Assembly (NCBI GenBank): GCA_036158955.1
Contig: JAYYFI010000012.1
Location: forward strand, 1,945 to 65,944
Direction of reading: 5' to 3'
DNA length: 64,000 bases
Source: Pseudomonadota bacterium
GTDB taxonomy: Bacteria > Pseudomonadota > Gammaproteobacteria > Ga0077536
Shown here: in pieces, positions 1 through 11,123 of the stretch
Layout of the letters: every line of letters begins with the position of its first letter
Position numbering within the stretch: the stretch's first letter is position 1
Notes under the pieces: generated by a model
Database searches by the model: none
Seen by the model: the letters and a program-made list of their open reading frames with translations, nothing else
Told to the model about the DNA's origin: nothing
Position numbers and translations under genes: made by a program

Positions 1-1257
1 TCCAGCATAAAGCAATATCTCAATGAAGAGCAATTCAAATTGTATTCTTTAATCTGGAATCGGGCGTTGGCTTCCCAAATGGCTCAAGCTATTTACGAAG
101 ATATGCAGATATCTTTTGACTGTGGTTCAGAAGGGGTTTTTAGAAGTAATGGTTCGCGCGTAATTGAACCCGGTTTCATGAAAGTCTACTTATCGTCTGA
201 AGATAGTGATACGGCACACTTTTTACCTGAACTTAAACAAGGTGATATGGTTGAAACCGAGGATTTAACCAAAGTTCAACACTTTACTGAACCCCCTGCA
301 CGCTACGGTGAAGCCAGATTAGTAAAAACACTCGAAGAATTCGGGATTGGCCGTCCATCAACTTATGCCACTATAATTTCTACGCTTCTACAAAGGGAAT
401 ACGTAGAACTAGAGAACAAAAGGTTCTTTCCTACAGATGTTGGTAAATTGGTATCCGGATTTCTTACCAACCACTTTGCCGATTATGTTGATTATGAATT
501 TACCGCGCAATTAGAGGATGAATTAGACGCTATTTCTCGCGGAGAAACAAAATGGATCAAAGTTTTAGGTAATTTTTGGGGCGATTTTGAAAAAACAGTT
601 AAGAATAAGGAGACTGTTTCCAGGGGCGAGGTTCAGATGGAAAGAGTTATCGGAACCCATCCAAAAAGCGGAAAACCAGTGTCGATTAGAATGGGTCGGT
701 ACGGACCTTACGTAATCATAGGTGACATTGAGAGCGAGGAAAAACCTAGTTTTCACGGGATTCCACCTGGGATGAAGATGGATGAAATTACAATCGAGGA
801 CGTGATAGAAATCACGCAGCTGCCAAGGTTTTTAGGTCAGGATTCGGAAGGTATCGAGTACTCTGTTAATAGAGGTAGATTCGGACCCTACGTTATGTAT
901 GTGGAAAAAATTGATGAATCAAGTCTTAAAAAGGGAAAGAAAAAGCTTCCAAAACCAAAAGCCAAATATGTCAGCCTTGAGTCATCAGATGATCCCTACA
1001 CGGTCACTTTCGAGAGGGCTATAGAATTAGTAGAAAATAAAAAAAGGGCGGATGCTGAAAAGCAGATTCAAGCTTTTCCTGAGGCAGGTTTAGAAGTGCT
1101 TAATGGGAGGTACGGCCCCTATATTACAGACGGTAAGAAAAATGCAAAAATTCCAAAGGATAGCGATCCCTTAAAGTTAACCCTTGAAGAATGTGTAAAG
1201 ATATTTGAAGAGGCGCCCGTAAGAAAATTCAGGCCCAAAAAACGGAAAACGAAATAG
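1..1257 (+). CDS. topA: DNA topoisomerase I, C-terminal portion (N-terminus lies upstream of the window)
   Basis: Frame 1 is open from base 1 (SSIKQYLNEEQFKLYSLIWNRALASQM...) to the stop at 1255-1257. It has the LIWxRxxASQM core motif, three GR(Y/F)GPY C-terminal repeats and a basic KKRKTK tail. Confidence 0.9.
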   Translation, partial: SSIKQYLNEEQFKLYSLIWNRALASQMAQAIYEDMQISFDCGSEGVFRSNGSRVIEPGFMKVYLSSEDSDTAHFLPELKQGDMVETEDLTKVQHFTEPPARYGEARLVKTLEEFGIGRPSTYATIISTLLQREYVELENKRFFPTDVGKLVSGFLTNHFADYVDYEFTAQLEDELDAISRGETKWIKVLGNFWGDFEKTVKNKETVSRGEVQMERVIGTHPKSGKPVSIRMGRYGPYVIIGDIESEEKPSFHGIPPGMKMDEITIEDVIEITQLPRFLGQDSEGIEYSVNRGRFGPYVMYVEKIDESSLKKGKKKLPKPKAKYVSLESSDDPYTVTFERAIELVENKKRADAEKQIQAFPEAGLEVLNGRYGPYITDGKKNAKIPKDSDPLKLTLEECVKIFEEAPVRKFRPKKRKTK

Positions 1258-1267
1258 ATCAAGTTCT

Positions 1268-1828
1268 GTGGCACGCTTGACTCAAGAACTAGATAAGGCC
1301 GTAAATTATTTAAATGATGGACATGTGATTGCTCATGCAACTGAAGCTATATTTGGGCTTGCAGCTCGGGCTCTGGACTATGAAGCTTGTAAACGAGTCT
1401 GGAAAATTAAAAACAGACCTTTTAAAAAAAAGTTTATAATAGTTTTCTCATCGATAGATGAGGTCCGTAAATATTCCATCATTAATCTTAAAAATGAACA
1501 AAAAATTCAAGATACTTGGCCCGGTCACACTACATGGGTTCTTAAGTCCACTCAAATTTGCCCATTTTGGCTTAAGGACGCAAATGGAACTTTAGCAGTT
1601 CGTGTGACCAAGCATGGTCAAATGTTATCACTCATTGAACGTTGTGGTCCCTTAGTCTCAACCAGCGCCAACCTTTCTGGCTCTCCTCCAGCAAAAGATT
1701 TTAGAGAGGCCATAAAAGCTTTGGGCGGGAATTCTCTGGTCAGTTATATATTACCGGGTGAAACATGCGGGAAAACTAGGCCCTCCGCTATTTATGATGG
1801 TAGCACGAACAAAAAGATACGCGCCTGA
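1268..1828 (+). CDS. tsaC: L-threonylcarbamoyladenylate synthase (YrdC/TsaC family)
   Basis: 186-aa ORF with a GTG start 10 nt after the topA stop. YrdC-fold motifs: ATEAIFGLAARA, KNRPFKK, VSTSANLSGSPPA. Confidence 0.8.
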   Translation: MARLTQELDKAVNYLNDGHVIAHATEAIFGLAARALDYEACKRVWKIKNRPFKKKFIIVFSSIDEVRKYSIINLKNEQKIQDTWPGHTTWVLKSTQICPFWLKDANGTLAVRVTKHGQMLSLIERCGPLVSTSANLSGSPPAKDFREAIKALGGNSLVSYILPGETCGKTRPSAIYDGSTNKKIRA

Positions 1829-1857
1829 TTGACATGCAAGCCATTTAGGATGATAAT
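1829..1857 (+). promoter_or_regulatory. sigma70-type promoter of the tRNA-tuf transcription unit
   Basis: TTGACA (1829-1834), 17 nt, GATAAT (1852-1857), then a GC-rich discriminator TTCGGGTTCCC. tRNA-Tyr starts at 1874. The -35 element abuts the tsaC stop codon. Confidence 0.6.
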
Positions 1858-1873
1858 TTCGGGTTCCCTTTTT

Positions 1874-1955
1874 GGAGGGGTACCCAAGCGGTCAACGGGA
1901 GCAGACTGTAAATCTGCCGGCTCAGCCTTCGTAGGTTCGAATCCTACCCCCTCCA
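1874..1955 (+). tRNA. tRNA-Tyr (anticodon GTA)
   Basis: 82-nt cloverleaf folded by hand: acceptor GGAGGGG/CCCCTCC, anticodon loop CT-GTA-AA, long variable arm, T-loop GGTTCGAATCC. No CCA is encoded (next bases are CAG). Confidence 0.9.
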
Positions 1956-1999
1956 CAGGGGAATGAGAGGCAGAGAAGCGAGGAATTGGGTTTAGTAAG

Positions 2000-2073
2000 G
2001 CGGGTGTAGTTCAACGGTAGAACCTCAGCCTTCCAAGCTGATGATGTGGGTTCGATTCCCATCACCCGCTCCA
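2000..2073 (+). tRNA. tRNA-Gly (anticodon TCC)
   Basis: 74 nt: acceptor GCGGGTG/CACCCGC, anticodon loop CT-TCC-AA, T-loop GGTTCGATTCC. The 3-prime CCA is encoded. Confidence 0.9.
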
Positions 2074-2135
2074 CCTAATGGGAGAGTTGAGCTACAAGGA
2101 CCTTCGGGTATAGAACGTAAGTTGATTTTTCGTTC

Positions 2136-2207
<72 letters not shown>

Positions 2208-2330
2208 CCGAATGCCAAAAATTAGAAATTTTGAGTGATGAAGGGTTGTAATTTTGGCATAATAAGTAAGGAAATAATTAGATATTAATTTTTAACTAGT
2301 TTTTAACACCGAAATTGGGAGTATTTAGGA

Positions 2331-3521
2331 ATGGCGAAGGAAAAATTTGAGCGATCAAAACCTCATGTTAATGTTGGGACGATTGGTCACGTAGATCACG
2401 GGAAAACGACTTTGACTGCAGCTTTAACGATGGTTTCAGCGTCCAAACATGGAGGTGAGACTAAAGCTTATGATCAGATCGATAACGCACCTGAGGAAAG
2501 GGAGAGGGGGATTACGATCGCTACGGCCCATGTGGAGTATGAAAGTGATGCAAGGCACTACGCTCACGTGGATTGCCCAGGGCACGCTGACTATGTGAAA
2601 AATATGATTACAGGAGCGGCTCAAATGGATGGAGCTATCCTGGTATGTAGTGCTGCCGATGGTCCCATGCCTCAAACAAGAGAGCATATTCTTTTGGCCA
2701 GACAGGTTGGAGTTCCTAAGATAGTCGTTTTTCTAAATAAAGCTGACCAAGTTGACGACGATGAATTGGTAGAGTTGGTTGAAATGGAGATCAGAGAACT
2801 TTTAGACCTGTATCAATTTCCGGGTGATGATACTCCGATAATCAAGGGTAGTGCTCTCAAAGCAGTTGAAGGCGATGAAAGCGATATCGGGAGTAAGGCA
2901 ATCCACGAACTGGTGGCGGCCATGGATGACTTTATTCCAATTCCTGATCGACCGGTTGATCAACCTTTCCTAATGCCAATTGAGGATGTTTTTTCAATTA
3001 GCGGAAGAGGAACAGTAGTTACGGGACGAATAGAACGTGGAAAGGTGTTATCGGGTGAAGAAATCGAAATCGTTGGGATTAAGGAAACTCAGAAAACGAC
3101 TTGTACGGGAGTTGAAATGTTCCGAAAGCTTTTGGATGAAGGCCAAGCAGGAGACAATGTCGGTGTATTATTGAGGGGAACGAAAAGAGAGGAGGTTGAA
3201 AGAGGTCAAGTTCTTTGCAAACCGGGTTCAGTTAACCCTCACACCCATTTCGAGGCGGAAGTTTATATATTATCTAAAGAAGAAGGAGGACGGCACACGC
3301 CATTCTTTTCAAACTATAGACCACAATTCTACTTTCGAACAACTGATGTAACGGGAGCGGTTGAGTTGCCTGAAAATGTAGAAATGGTTATGCCAGGCGA
3401 TAACATTAAAATGACTGTCAAGTTAATAGCCCCAATTGCTATGGAAGAAGGCGTTAGATTTGCGATTCGTGAAGGTGGTCGCACCGTGGGTGCTGGGGTG
3501 GTTTCTAAAATTATTGAATAA
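2331..3521 (+). CDS. tuf: translation elongation factor Tu
   Basis: 396 aa starting [32 protein letters not shown], with DCPGHADY and NKAD GTPase motifs. The position after tRNA-Tyr/Gly/Thr matches the classical tufB context. Confidence 0.98.
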   Translation: MAKEKFERSKPHVNVGTIGHVDHGKTTLTAALTMVSASKHGGETKAYDQIDNAPEERERGITIATAHVEYESDARHYAHVDCPGHADYVKNMITGAAQMDGAILVCSAADGPMPQTREHILLARQVGVPKIVVFLNKADQVDDDELVELVEMEIRELLDLYQFPGDDTPIIKGSALKAVEGDESDIGSKAIHELVAAMDDFIPIPDRPVDQPFLMPIEDVFSISGRGTVVTGRIERGKVLSGEEIEIVGIKETQKTTCTGVEMFRKLLDEGQAGDNVGVLLRGTKREEVERGQVLCKPGSVNPHTHFEAEVYILSKEEGGRHTPFFSNYRPQFYFRTTDVTGAVELPENVEMVMPGDNIKMTVKLIAPIAMEEGVRFAIREGGRTVGAGVVSKIIE

Positions 3522-3530
3522 AAGGTATCA

Positions 3531-3603
3531 AGGCCAGTAGCTCAATTGGCAGAGCGGCGGTCTCCAAAACCGCAGGTTGGGGGTTCGATTCCCTCCTGGC
3601 CTG
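3531..3603 (+). tRNA. tRNA-Trp (anticodon CCA)
   Basis: 73 nt: acceptor AGGCCAG/CTGGCCT, anticodon loop CT-CCA-AA, T-loop GGTTCGATTCC. No 3-prime CCA is encoded. Confidence 0.9.
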
Positions 3604-3621
3604 CTCGAAGTGGAATTAGTG

Positions 3622-3984
3622 ATGGAAACAAAAATTAACAGTCAAGCGACAACAGACGTAATAAAAATTATAGCGGCTGTGATGATTTTGGTCGCAGGTG
3701 TTTTCGGATTTTACTCATACAGTGAGATTTCCGACTTATACCGCATAGTAGCTCTTATTGTGGTAGCGGGTATTGCATTATTGCTATATAGCTCGACTGC
3801 AGGAGGGCAAAATACACTGGGGTTCTTGAAATCTGCTCAAAGTGAAATTAAGAAAGTTGTTTGGCCGACCAGGCAAGAGACTAGTCAAACGACATTAGTT
3901 GTCTTGGTTGTTGTGGTAATTTTTGCGATAATCTTGTGGCTACTAGACCTGATTTTAAGCAGCCTCGTTAACATTGTAATTTAG
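3622..3984 (+). CDS. secE: preprotein translocase subunit SecE
   Basis: The track start (TTG 3577) runs through tRNA-Trp. The first ATG after the tRNA is 3622 (METKINSQ...). About 120 aa with hydrophobic segments and a KVVWPTRQE motif; it lies between tuf and nusG. Confidence 0.85.
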   Translation: METKINSQATTDVIKIIAAVMILVAGVFGFYSYSEISDLYRIVALIVVAGIALLLYSSTAGGQNTLGFLKSAQSEIKKVVWPTRQETSQTTLVVLVVVVIFAIILWLLDLILSSLVNIVI

Positions 3985-3995
3985 AATATCTAGCT

Positions 3996-4541
3996 ATGGT
4001 GGCCGTAATGAATTTGAATTGGTATGTAGTACACGCTTTCTCGGGTTACGAAAATCAGGTTAAAAGGTCATTGGAGGATAGAATAAAGCTGGAGAGGATG
4101 AACGATAAATTCGGCCAAATTTTAGTGCCTACTGAAGAAGTAGTTGAAATGAAAGATGGCCAGAAAAGGAAAAGTGATAGAAAATTCTTCCCCGGATATG
4201 TTCTTGTGGAGATGGTTATGGACGATGATTCGTGGCATCTGGTAAAAAGCTGCCCGAAAGTGATGGGTTTTATCGGTGGTTCAAGTGACAAGCCTAGTCC
4301 AATTCCAAGCAAAGAAGTTGGAGTTATACTGGATAGAATCACTGACGGAGCTGCTAAACCGAAACCAAAGGTTCTGTTTGAGGTCGGGGAAGTGATAAGG
4401 GTTATAGATGGGCCTTTCGCAGACTTTAACGGGGTGGTTGAAGAGGTTAATTATGAAAAAAGTAAGCTTAGGGTCGCGGTTACTATATTCGGCCGGTCCA
4501 CGCCTGTTGAATTAGAGTTTGGTCAGGTCAGTAAAGATTAA
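3996..4541 (+). CDS. nusG: transcription termination/antitermination factor NusG
   Basis: [17 protein letters not shown] motif and a KOW segment [21 protein letters not shown]. An in-frame ATG at 4008 is an equally plausible start. Confidence 0.93.
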   Translation: MVAVMNLNWYVVHAFSGYENQVKRSLEDRIKLERMNDKFGQILVPTEEVVEMKDGQKRKSDRKFFPGYVLVEMVMDDDSWHLVKSCPKVMGFIGGSSDKPSPIPSKEVGVILDRITDGAAKPKPKVLFEVGEVIRVIDGPFADFNGVVEEVNYEKSKLRVAVTIFGRSTPVELEFGQVSKD

Positions 4542-4563
4542 AAATTCATTTTGAGATAATAAA

Positions 4564-4998
4564 ATGGCAAAGAAAATTGAAACTTTCATTAAGCTGCAAG
4601 TTCCGGCTGGTAAGGCAAATCCGAGTCCCCCAGTTGGGCCAGCATTAGGCCAACACGGGCTTAATATCATGGATTTTTGCAAAGCCTTTAACGCAAAAAC
4701 ACAAGAATTGGATGCTGGAATGCCAGTGCCTGTTGTTATAACTGTATACAGTGATAAAAGCTTTACTTTCGAAACCAAAAGCACACCAGCTTCAATTCTG
4801 CTAAAAAAAGCAGCCGGTTTGGAAAAGGGTAGTGGAGTTCCTCATATTGAGAAGGTAGGTAAAGTAAATCGCGAGCAATTAGAAAATATCGTAAAAACGA
4901 AAGACGGTGATCTGACTGCAGGCGATCTCGACGCTGCGGTCAGGACTATTGCAGGTACAGCCAGAAGTATGGGTATTGAGGTAGAGGAGGGGGTTTAA
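4564..4998 (+). CDS. rplK: 50S ribosomal protein L11
   Basis: 144 aa with [31 protein letters not shown]. Confidence 0.97.
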   Translation: MAKKIETFIKLQVPAGKANPSPPVGPALGQHGLNIMDFCKAFNAKTQELDAGMPVPVVITVYSDKSFTFETKSTPASILLKKAAGLEKGSGVPHIEKVGKVNREQLENIVKTKDGDLTAGDLDAAVRTIAGTARSMGIEVEEGV

Positions 4999-5000
4999 CG

Positions 5001-5708
5001 TTGGCCAAACTATCGAAAAGAATAAAAAAAATATCTGAAATTGTTGGCTCTGAGCCAAATAGTCCTATGGACCTGAAAGATGCCCTGGGCCTATTAAAAA
5101 AGATTGAAGGAGTCAAATTTGATGAGTCAGTTGATGCTGCGATTAACCTTGGGATAGATCCTAAGAAATCTGACCAAGTTGTTAGAGGTTCTACAATTTT
5201 GCCGCATGGCTCGGGTAAATCTGTCAGGGTAGCACTTTTTGCGGAAGGAGATGCTGCCACCGCGGGTAGCGAAGCCGGGGCTGACATTGTGGGGTTTGAG
5301 GACCTAGCGGAAGATATTAAAAAAGGTAATTTGGACTTCGATGTTGTCATAGCTACTCCCGCTTCAATGAGGTTGGTGGGTCAATTGGGTCAGATTCTTG
5401 GACCGAGAGGGTTAATGCCTAACCCTAAAGTCGGAACCGTGACAAACTCGGTAGCCGATGCCGTAAAAAATGCAAAGTCGGGTCAGGTGCAGTATCGAGC
5501 TGACAAAGGTGGAATTATTCATTGTAGTATTGGAAAAAAGTCTTTTGATGTTTCGCATTTGGCCAACAATTTGGAAGCGGTAATTACCGATTTAAAAAAA
5601 GCTAAACCAAGTAGCTCAAAAGGCACTTACATAAAGTCTATAAGCCTGTCCACAACGATGGGTCCTGGAATTAGAGTGGACGAGAGTTCGGTTGCCTCGG
5701 TGAACTGA
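5001..5708 (+). CDS. rplA: 50S ribosomal protein L1
   Basis: TTG start 2 nt after the rplK stop. Begins [10 protein letters not shown], 235 aa, canonical rplKA order. Confidence 0.96.
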   Translation: MAKLSKRIKKISEIVGSEPNSPMDLKDALGLLKKIEGVKFDESVDAAINLGIDPKKSDQVVRGSTILPHGSGKSVRVALFAEGDAATAGSEAGADIVGFEDLAEDIKKGNLDFDVVIATPASMRLVGQLGQILGPRGLMPNPKVGTVTNSVADAVKNAKSGQVQYRADKGGIIHCSIGKKSFDVSHLANNLEAVITDLKKAKPSSSKGTYIKSISLSTTMGPGIRVDESSVASVN

Positions 5709-5896
5709 AATGACTATCTGTCAAGTGAATACTAATTAAGAGGTTATTATAGGAAATAAGACAGCTGTTCGAAGACCGGAGGTTTATCAAATAATTAATT
5801 TAGCTTCCGTAGACATGCCCACAGCAAGGAACAAACGAAACGTATGTCGTCTGAAAATGGTAGAGAAGCAATAAGCAACGATGGAGCGATAAGACA
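5709..5896 (+). promoter_or_regulatory. candidate rplJL leader (L10 autoregulatory leader and/or internal promoter)
   Basis: A 188-nt non-coding spacer at the position where gammaproteobacteria carry the L10(L12)4-binding leader. It is by far the longest spacer in the ribosomal cluster. I found only a weak hairpin by eye (CGGAGG ... CTTCCG). Confidence 0.35.
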
Positions 5897-6430
5897 ATGG
5901 GCTTGAGTTTTGAAGAAAAAAAGAATGTAGTTTCCGAGGTTCATGATTACTTCCTGAACAGCGGTTCTATCGTCGCTGCTGATTACACAGGATTAACTGT
6001 TTCTCAAATGACTGATTTGAGAAAAAAAGCGAGAGAAAGTGGAGTTATCGTAAAAGTTTTGAAAAACACACTTGCAAAGAGAGCTGTTAAAGGCACAGAA
6101 CATGAGGTTATGGCTGAGAATTTGGTCGGACCTTTGCTTTACATTGTGTCGTCCGAAGATCCCGGAGCGGGTGCTAGATTGGTAAAGGAGTTCATTAAAT
6201 CGAATGATCGTCTTGTAGCTAAGGTGATTGCTTTTTCTGGGGAGGTGAGACCTGGGGAAGATCTGAATGTTTTGGCTGGTCTGCCCACTTTAGATGAGGC
6301 GCGGTCTCGATTATTATCACTCTTTATTCAACCCCAAACTAGTTTGGTCCGCCTGCTAAAAGAGCCCTCTGCTCTTGTAGTGAGACTATTAATAAATAAA
6401 AACGGAGCTTCAGAGAAGTCCGCCGAATAG
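5897..6430 (+). CDS. rplJ: 50S ribosomal protein L10
   Basis: 177 aa starting MGLSFEEKKNVVSEV, with AADYTGLTVSQMTDLRKKARE. Sits upstream of rplL. Confidence 0.96.
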   Translation: MGLSFEEKKNVVSEVHDYFLNSGSIVAADYTGLTVSQMTDLRKKARESGVIVKVLKNTLAKRAVKGTEHEVMAENLVGPLLYIVSSEDPGAGARLVKEFIKSNDRLVAKVIAFSGEVRPGEDLNVLAGLPTLDEARSRLLSLFIQPQTSLVRLLKEPSALVVRLLINKNGASEKSAE

Positions 6431-6481
6431 ATGTTTTGCAAATTAAATTTTTAAAAATATTTAACTGTAGGAGATAAACAA

Positions 6482-6862
6482 ATGGCCGTTTCAAAAGAAG
6501 AATTAATTGAAACTTTGAGTAATATGTCAATATTGGAAGTAACTGATCTAGTCTCGGAGCTAGAAGAGAAATGGGGCGTATCTGCAGCGGCAGCGGTTGC
6601 AGCGCCTGTTGCGGTTGCTGCGGCTGGTGAAGGAGAGGCTGAAGCGGCTAAGGACGAATTTGATGTTGTAATGACTAGTTTCGGTGAAAATAAAGTGTCT
6701 GTCATCAAGGCAATCCGTGCAATTACTGGCTTGGGTTTGAAGGAGGCTAAAGAGATGGTTGAGGGAGCGCCCGCGACTGTTAAAGAAGGTGCCCCTAAAT
6801 CTGAAGCAGAAGAATTAAAAAAACAACTAGAAGAAGCAGGTGCTTCAGCAGAATTAAAGTAG
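6482..6862 (+). CDS. rplL: 50S ribosomal protein L7/L12
   Basis: 126 aa with an Ala-rich hinge ([22 protein letters not shown]) and a C-terminal domain [24 protein letters not shown]. Confidence 0.98.
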   Translation: MAVSKEELIETLSNMSILEVTDLVSELEEKWGVSAAAAVAAPVAVAAAGEGEAEAAKDEFDVVMTSFGENKVSVIKAIRAITGLGLKEAKEMVEGAPATVKEGAPKSEAEELKKQLEEAGASAELK

Positions 6863-6987
6863 AAATCAAACTACCAGTTTTGAATGTAATTGATATTGAT
6901 AATGTTGGTAGAAACTCGTCGTTCGGAAAGATTTTCAAATATCTGTGCACTGTTTCTGTAAATATTTTACTAAGGACACAATGACCT

Positions 6988-9900
6988 ATGACCTATTCCT
7001 ATACCGAAAAAAAACGGATCAGAAAAGATTTTAGTAGTACGGAGTCTATAAAAGAGATCCCATATCTACTTGAGACTCAGATTAATTCGTATGCCAAATT
7101 TCTACAATCTGAAGTAAAAAACGAAGATAAGGGTAATTTCGGACTCCACGCAGCCTTCCGGCAAGTTTTTCCTATCGAGAGTTATTCCGGTAATGCGCGT
7201 CTTGAGTATGTTGAGTATAAATTGAGTCCACCTGTATTTAATGTTAAGGAGTGTCAAATTAGAGGATCCACTTACGCATCCTCTCTTAGAGTGACAGTAA
7301 GATTGATTATTTTTGATAAAGAATCAGGTTCAGAAAAAGCTATAAAAGATGTCCGTGAGCAGGAAGTTTATATGGGGGAAATCCCGCTTATGACTGAAAA
7401 CGGTACTTTCGTTATCAATGGGACCGAAAGGGTTGTCGTCTCTCAGCTGCATCGGTCTCCTGGCGTTTTTTTCGATCACGATCGGGGGAAGACGCATTCT
7501 TCTGGAAAATTACTATTTTCGGCGAGAATAATACCTTACAGAGGCTCATGGTTAGATTTCGAATTCGATCCTAAAGATCATGTCTATGTTCGAATCGATA
7601 GAAGAAGAAAGTTACCTGCTACAGTTTTGCTTAGGGCTTTAGGAATGGATAATAAACAAATATTATCCACTTTTTTTGAACAAGATAAATTTATTGTCGA
7701 TAAAGATGAAGTAAAATTTTCATTGGTACCGGAGCGACTTCGAGGTGAAACCTTGGATTTTGATTTGCTTGATAAAGATGGAAATATTTTAGTAGAAGCT
7801 GGAAGGAGAGTAACTGCACGCCATACCAAAGAAATTGAAAAAAAAGGAGTGTCAGAAATCAGTGTTCCTCGTTCTTTTCTTTTAGGTAAAATTATTTCTC
7901 AAGATATAGTTAACGAAAAGACTGGCGAAATCCTTTTTCAATCTAATACAGAAATAACTGAAGAGTTACTTGAAGCGATAAGTGACGCCGAAATCAATAA
8001 TATTTCAACGATATACGCCAATGAGTTGGATCAAGGAGCATATATATCTGATACATTAACCATAGACACTACCGGTTCCACTCTGGATGCTCAGGTCGAG
8101 ATATACCGAATGATGCGTCCGGGAGAGCCGCCAACAAAAGAGGCTGCCGAAAATTTGTTTAACAACCTTTTTTTCAGTGAAGATCGTTACGAGTTATCAG
8201 CGGTTGGTAGAATGAAATTTAACAGGAGGTTAGGTAGGGATATAGTTCAAGGTTCTTCTACTTTGGATGAGAAGGATATTATAGAAACCTTACAATGCTT
8301 GATTGACATTAGGAATGGTAAAGGAATGGTGGATGACATCGATCACCTTGGAAATAGGCGTGTAAGAAGCGTGGGAGAAATGACAGAAAATCAATTCAGA
8401 GTGGGTTTAGTGAGAGTTGAAAGAGCTGTTAAAGAAAGATTAAGTTTGGTTGAATCAGAGGGATATATGCCCCAAGATCTTATTAATGCCAAACCGGTCT
8501 CCGCAGTAATAAAAGAATTTTTTGGTTCCAGTCAATTAAGTCAATTTATGGATCAAAATAACCCATTATCTGAAATAACACACAAAAGGAGAGTGTCAGC
8601 ATTAGGACCGGGTGGTCTCACTAGAGAGAGGGCTGGCTTCGAGGTAAGAGACGTTCATCCCACCCATTATGGTAGAGTATGTCCAATAGAGACGCCAGAG
8701 GGTCCTAATATTGGACTTATTAACTCACTAGCGGTTTACGCTAGAACAAATGAGTACGGTTTTCTGGAAACCCCTTACAGGGTTGTAACTGATGGAAAAG
8801 TATCAGATGAGATACATTACCTTTCGGCTATAGAAGAGGGGCAATATACTATCGCTCAAGCGAACGCTGCACTGACTGCTGAAGGTATGTTCGTCGATAA
8901 TCTAGTTTCAGCAAGGCATCAAAATGAGTTTTTATTAGCTCCCACTGAAAAAGTCGATTACATTGATGTTTCTCCTAGACAAATTGTTTCGGTTGCGGCG
9001 GCTTTAATTCCTTTTTTGGAGCATGATGATGCAAATAGGGCGCTTATGGGCTCTAATATGCAACGTCAAGCTGTACCTACACTAAAAGCGGAGAAGCCAC
9101 TCGTTGGGACGGGGATTGAGAGGGTAGTTGCTGCTGACTCTGGGGTAACTGCGGTGGCTCGAAGAGGCGGCGAAATTTACTACGTTGACGCTGGCAGGAT
9201 TGTTGTCAGAGTGAATGACGAAGAAACAAAATTAGGCGAACCGGGTGTTGATATTTACGGTTTAACGAAGTACACCCGTTCCAATCAAAATACGTGTATT
9301 AACCAAACACCTCTCGTTAAAAAAGGGGATATCATATCTGCTGGAGATGTATTGGCAGATGGACCCTCTACAGATTTAGGGGAGCTTGCATTGGGGCAGA
9401 ATATGTTAGTCGCATTTATGCCTTGGAATGGCTATAACTTTGAAGACTCTATACTCATCTCCGAAAGAGTAGTGGCCGAAGATAGATTTACTTCTATACA
9501 CATTGAAGAGTTGGCTTGTGTCGCAAGAGATACTAAGCTCGGTTCTGAAGAGATAACCTCTGACATTCCAAATGTAAGCGAAAGCGCTCTTAGAAAGCTT
9601 GACGATGCTGGTATTGTTTATATCGGTGCCGAGGTAGCTCCTGGTGATATTTTGGTTGGAAAAGTTACACCCAAGGGTGAAACGCAACTTACTCCTGAAG
9701 AAAAGCTTCTTAGAGCAATTTTTGGGGAAAAAGCATCAGATGTTAAAGATACTTCATTAAGAGTTCCATCTGGGATGAGTGGAACGGTCATTGATGTGCA
9801 AGTGTTTACCCGGGATGGTATCGAAAAAGATGATCGGGCGAAAGAGATAGAAGAGTCTGACATTGCTTTGGCTAAAAAAGATTTAGAGGATAAATTAAAA

Positions 9901-11070
9901 ATTCTTGAGGAAGATATTTATCAACGAGTTGCGAAACTATTAACAGGCAGTAAGCTTAAAAAAGGCCCCCGGCCGTCGAAAGCAGGGGTCACGATAGACT
10001 CCGAGTTATTGGATCAAATAGACCGGAGAAAATGGTTCGATATTGAATTAGACACCCTAGAGGGTAATCAGCAACTAGAGCAGTTATTTTCTCAGCTAGA
10101 ACGTCATAATGAAGATTTCAGGAATGAACTTGATGAGAAAAGTAAGAAAATTACATCGGGAGACGATCTTGCTCCGGGTGTTCTCAAAATGGTCAAAGTC
10201 TATCTTGCCGTAAAGAGGGTCATGCAGCCGGGTGACAAAATGGCTGGAAGGCACGGTAACAAAGGAGTTGTATCAATGATAGTACCGGTTGAGGATATGC
10301 CTTATATGGAGGATGGAACACCGGTTGACATTGTATTAAACCCACTCGGAGTTCCTTCTAGAATGAACGTAGGACAGGTTTTGGAAACTCATTTAGGATT
10401 TGCAGCTAAAGGGCTCGGGGCTAAGATCAGTAGGGCTCTGGAGTCGGCTAAAAGTGATCTAGCTAAGGAATTAAGAGTTCTTTTGGAAGATATTTACAAC
10501 ACGACTGGAAAGCAAGAAAATCTTGAAACTTTGTCTGACGATGAAATAGTAGATCTTAGCCGAAATTTAAAAAAAGGGGTTCCGATGGCTACCCCAGTTT
10601 TTGACGGTGCACAAGAGAAACAGATTAGAACTATGCTTAAGTTGGCTGGGCTTCCCGAGTCCGGTCAGATGAAGTTAAGGGACGGCAGAACTGGAGAACT
10701 TTTGGAGAGAGAAGTTACGGTCGGTTATATGTATATGTTAAAACTAAATCATCTAGTCGATGATAAAATGCATGCAAGATCGACGGGACCATATAGCTTG
10801 GTGACACAACAACCTCTTGGTGGAAAAGCGCAGTTTGGGGGGCAGAGGTTCGGGGAGATGGAAGTCTGGGCGCTCGAGGCGTATGGAGCCTCTTATACTC
10901 TCAGAGAAATGCTGACAGTTAAATCAGATGATGTTAACGGGCGTACCAAAATGTATAAAAATATTGTAGACGGTGAACCGAAGATTGATGCTGGTATGCC
11001 AGAATCTTTCAATGTTCTATTGAAAGAAATGAGATCGCTGGCAATAGACATTGAGCTAGATCAAGACTGA
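6988..11070 (+). CDS. rpoB: DNA-directed RNA polymerase subunit beta
   Basis: 1360 aa starting [15 protein letters not shown], with [13 protein letters not shown] near the C-terminus. Confidence 0.99.
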   Translation: MTYSYTEKKRIRKDFSSTESIKEIPYLLETQINSYAKFLQSEVKNEDKGNFGLHAAFRQVFPIESYSGNARLEYVEYKLSPPVFNVKECQIRGSTYASSLRVTVRLIIFDKESGSEKAIKDVREQEVYMGEIPLMTENGTFVINGTERVVVSQLHRSPGVFFDHDRGKTHSSGKLLFSARIIPYRGSWLDFEFDPKDHVYVRIDRRRKLPATVLLRALGMDNKQILSTFFEQDKFIVDKDEVKFSLVPERLRGETLDFDLLDKDGNILVEAGRRVTARHTKEIEKKGVSEISVPRSFLLGKIISQDIVNEKTGEILFQSNTEITEELLEAISDAEINNISTIYANELDQGAYISDTLTIDTTGSTLDAQVEIYRMMRPGEPPTKEAAENLFNNLFFSEDRYELSAVGRMKFNRRLGRDIVQGSSTLDEKDIIETLQCLIDIRNGKGMVDDIDHLGNRRVRSVGEMTENQFRVGLVRVERAVKERLSLVESEGYMPQDLINAKPVSAVIKEFFGSSQLSQFMDQNNPLSEITHKRRVSALGPGGLTRERAGFEVRDVHPTHYGRVCPIETPEGPNIGLINSLAVYARTNEYGFLETPYRVVTDGKVSDEIHYLSAIEEGQYTIAQANAALTAEGMFVDNLVSARHQNEFLLAPTEKVDYIDVSPRQIVSVAAALIPFLEHDDANRALMGSNMQRQAVPTLKAEKPLVGTGIERVVAADSGVTAVARRGGEIYYVDAGRIVVRVNDEETKLGEPGVDIYGLTKYTRSNQNTCINQTPLVKKGDIISAGDVLADGPSTDLGELALGQNMLVAFMPWNGYNFEDSILISERVVAEDRFTSIHIEELACVARDTKLGSEEITSDIPNVSESALRKLDDAGIVYIGAEVAPGDILVGKVTPKGETQLTPEEKLLRAIFGEKASDVKDTSLRVPSGMSGTVIDVQVFTRDGIEKDDRAKEIEESDIALAKKDLEDKLKILEEDIYQRVAKLLTGSKLKKGPRPSKAGVTIDSELLDQIDRRKWFDIELDTLEGNQQLEQLFSQLERHNEDFRNELDEKSKKITSGDDLAPGVLKMVKVYLAVKRVMQPGDKMAGRHGNKGVVSMIVPVEDMPYMEDGTPVDIVLNPLGVPSRMNVGQVLETHLGFAAKGLGAKISRALESAKSDLAKELRVLLEDIYNTTGKQENLETLSDDEIVDLSRNLKKGVPMATPVFDGAQEKQIRTMLKLAGLPESGQMKLRDGRTGELLEREVTVGYMYMLKLNHLVDDKMHARSTGPYSLVTQQPLGGKAQFGGQRFGEMEVWALEAYGASYTLREMLTVKSDDVNGRTKMYKNIVDGEPKIDAGMPESFNVLLKEMRSLAIDIELDQD

Positions 11071-11123
11071 TATAACACGGAAAGTTTTGTTAACCATATA
11101 TTGGATACCTAGGAGATAAATTA

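Noticed and set aside
1-1257. The TopA C-terminal region lacks tetracysteine zinc fingers and instead has three GR(Y/F)GPY repeats.
   Set aside because: A cysteine-free C-terminal repeat architecture is a known TopA variant in many bacteria, so it is not novel. In addition, the gene is truncated by the window edge.
3577-3621. N-terminal extension of the secE ORF (track TTG start at 3577).
   Set aside because: The extension overlaps the 3-prime half of tRNA-Trp (3531-3603). The first ATG after the tRNA (3622) gives a normal-sized SecE.
6590-6660. GC-rich repetitive tract (GCGGCAGCGGTTGCAGCGCCTGTTGCGGTTGCTGCGGCTGGT...) that looks like a simple repeat.
   Set aside because: It encodes the Ala/Val-rich flexible hinge of L7/L12, a normal feature of rplL.
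6863-6987. Possible attenuator hairpin in the rplL-rpoB spacer (CTACCA ... TGGTAG).
   Set aside because: The stem is only 6 bp with a loop of about 29 nt and no T-tract. That is too weak to call by eye, although E. coli has an attenuator at this position.
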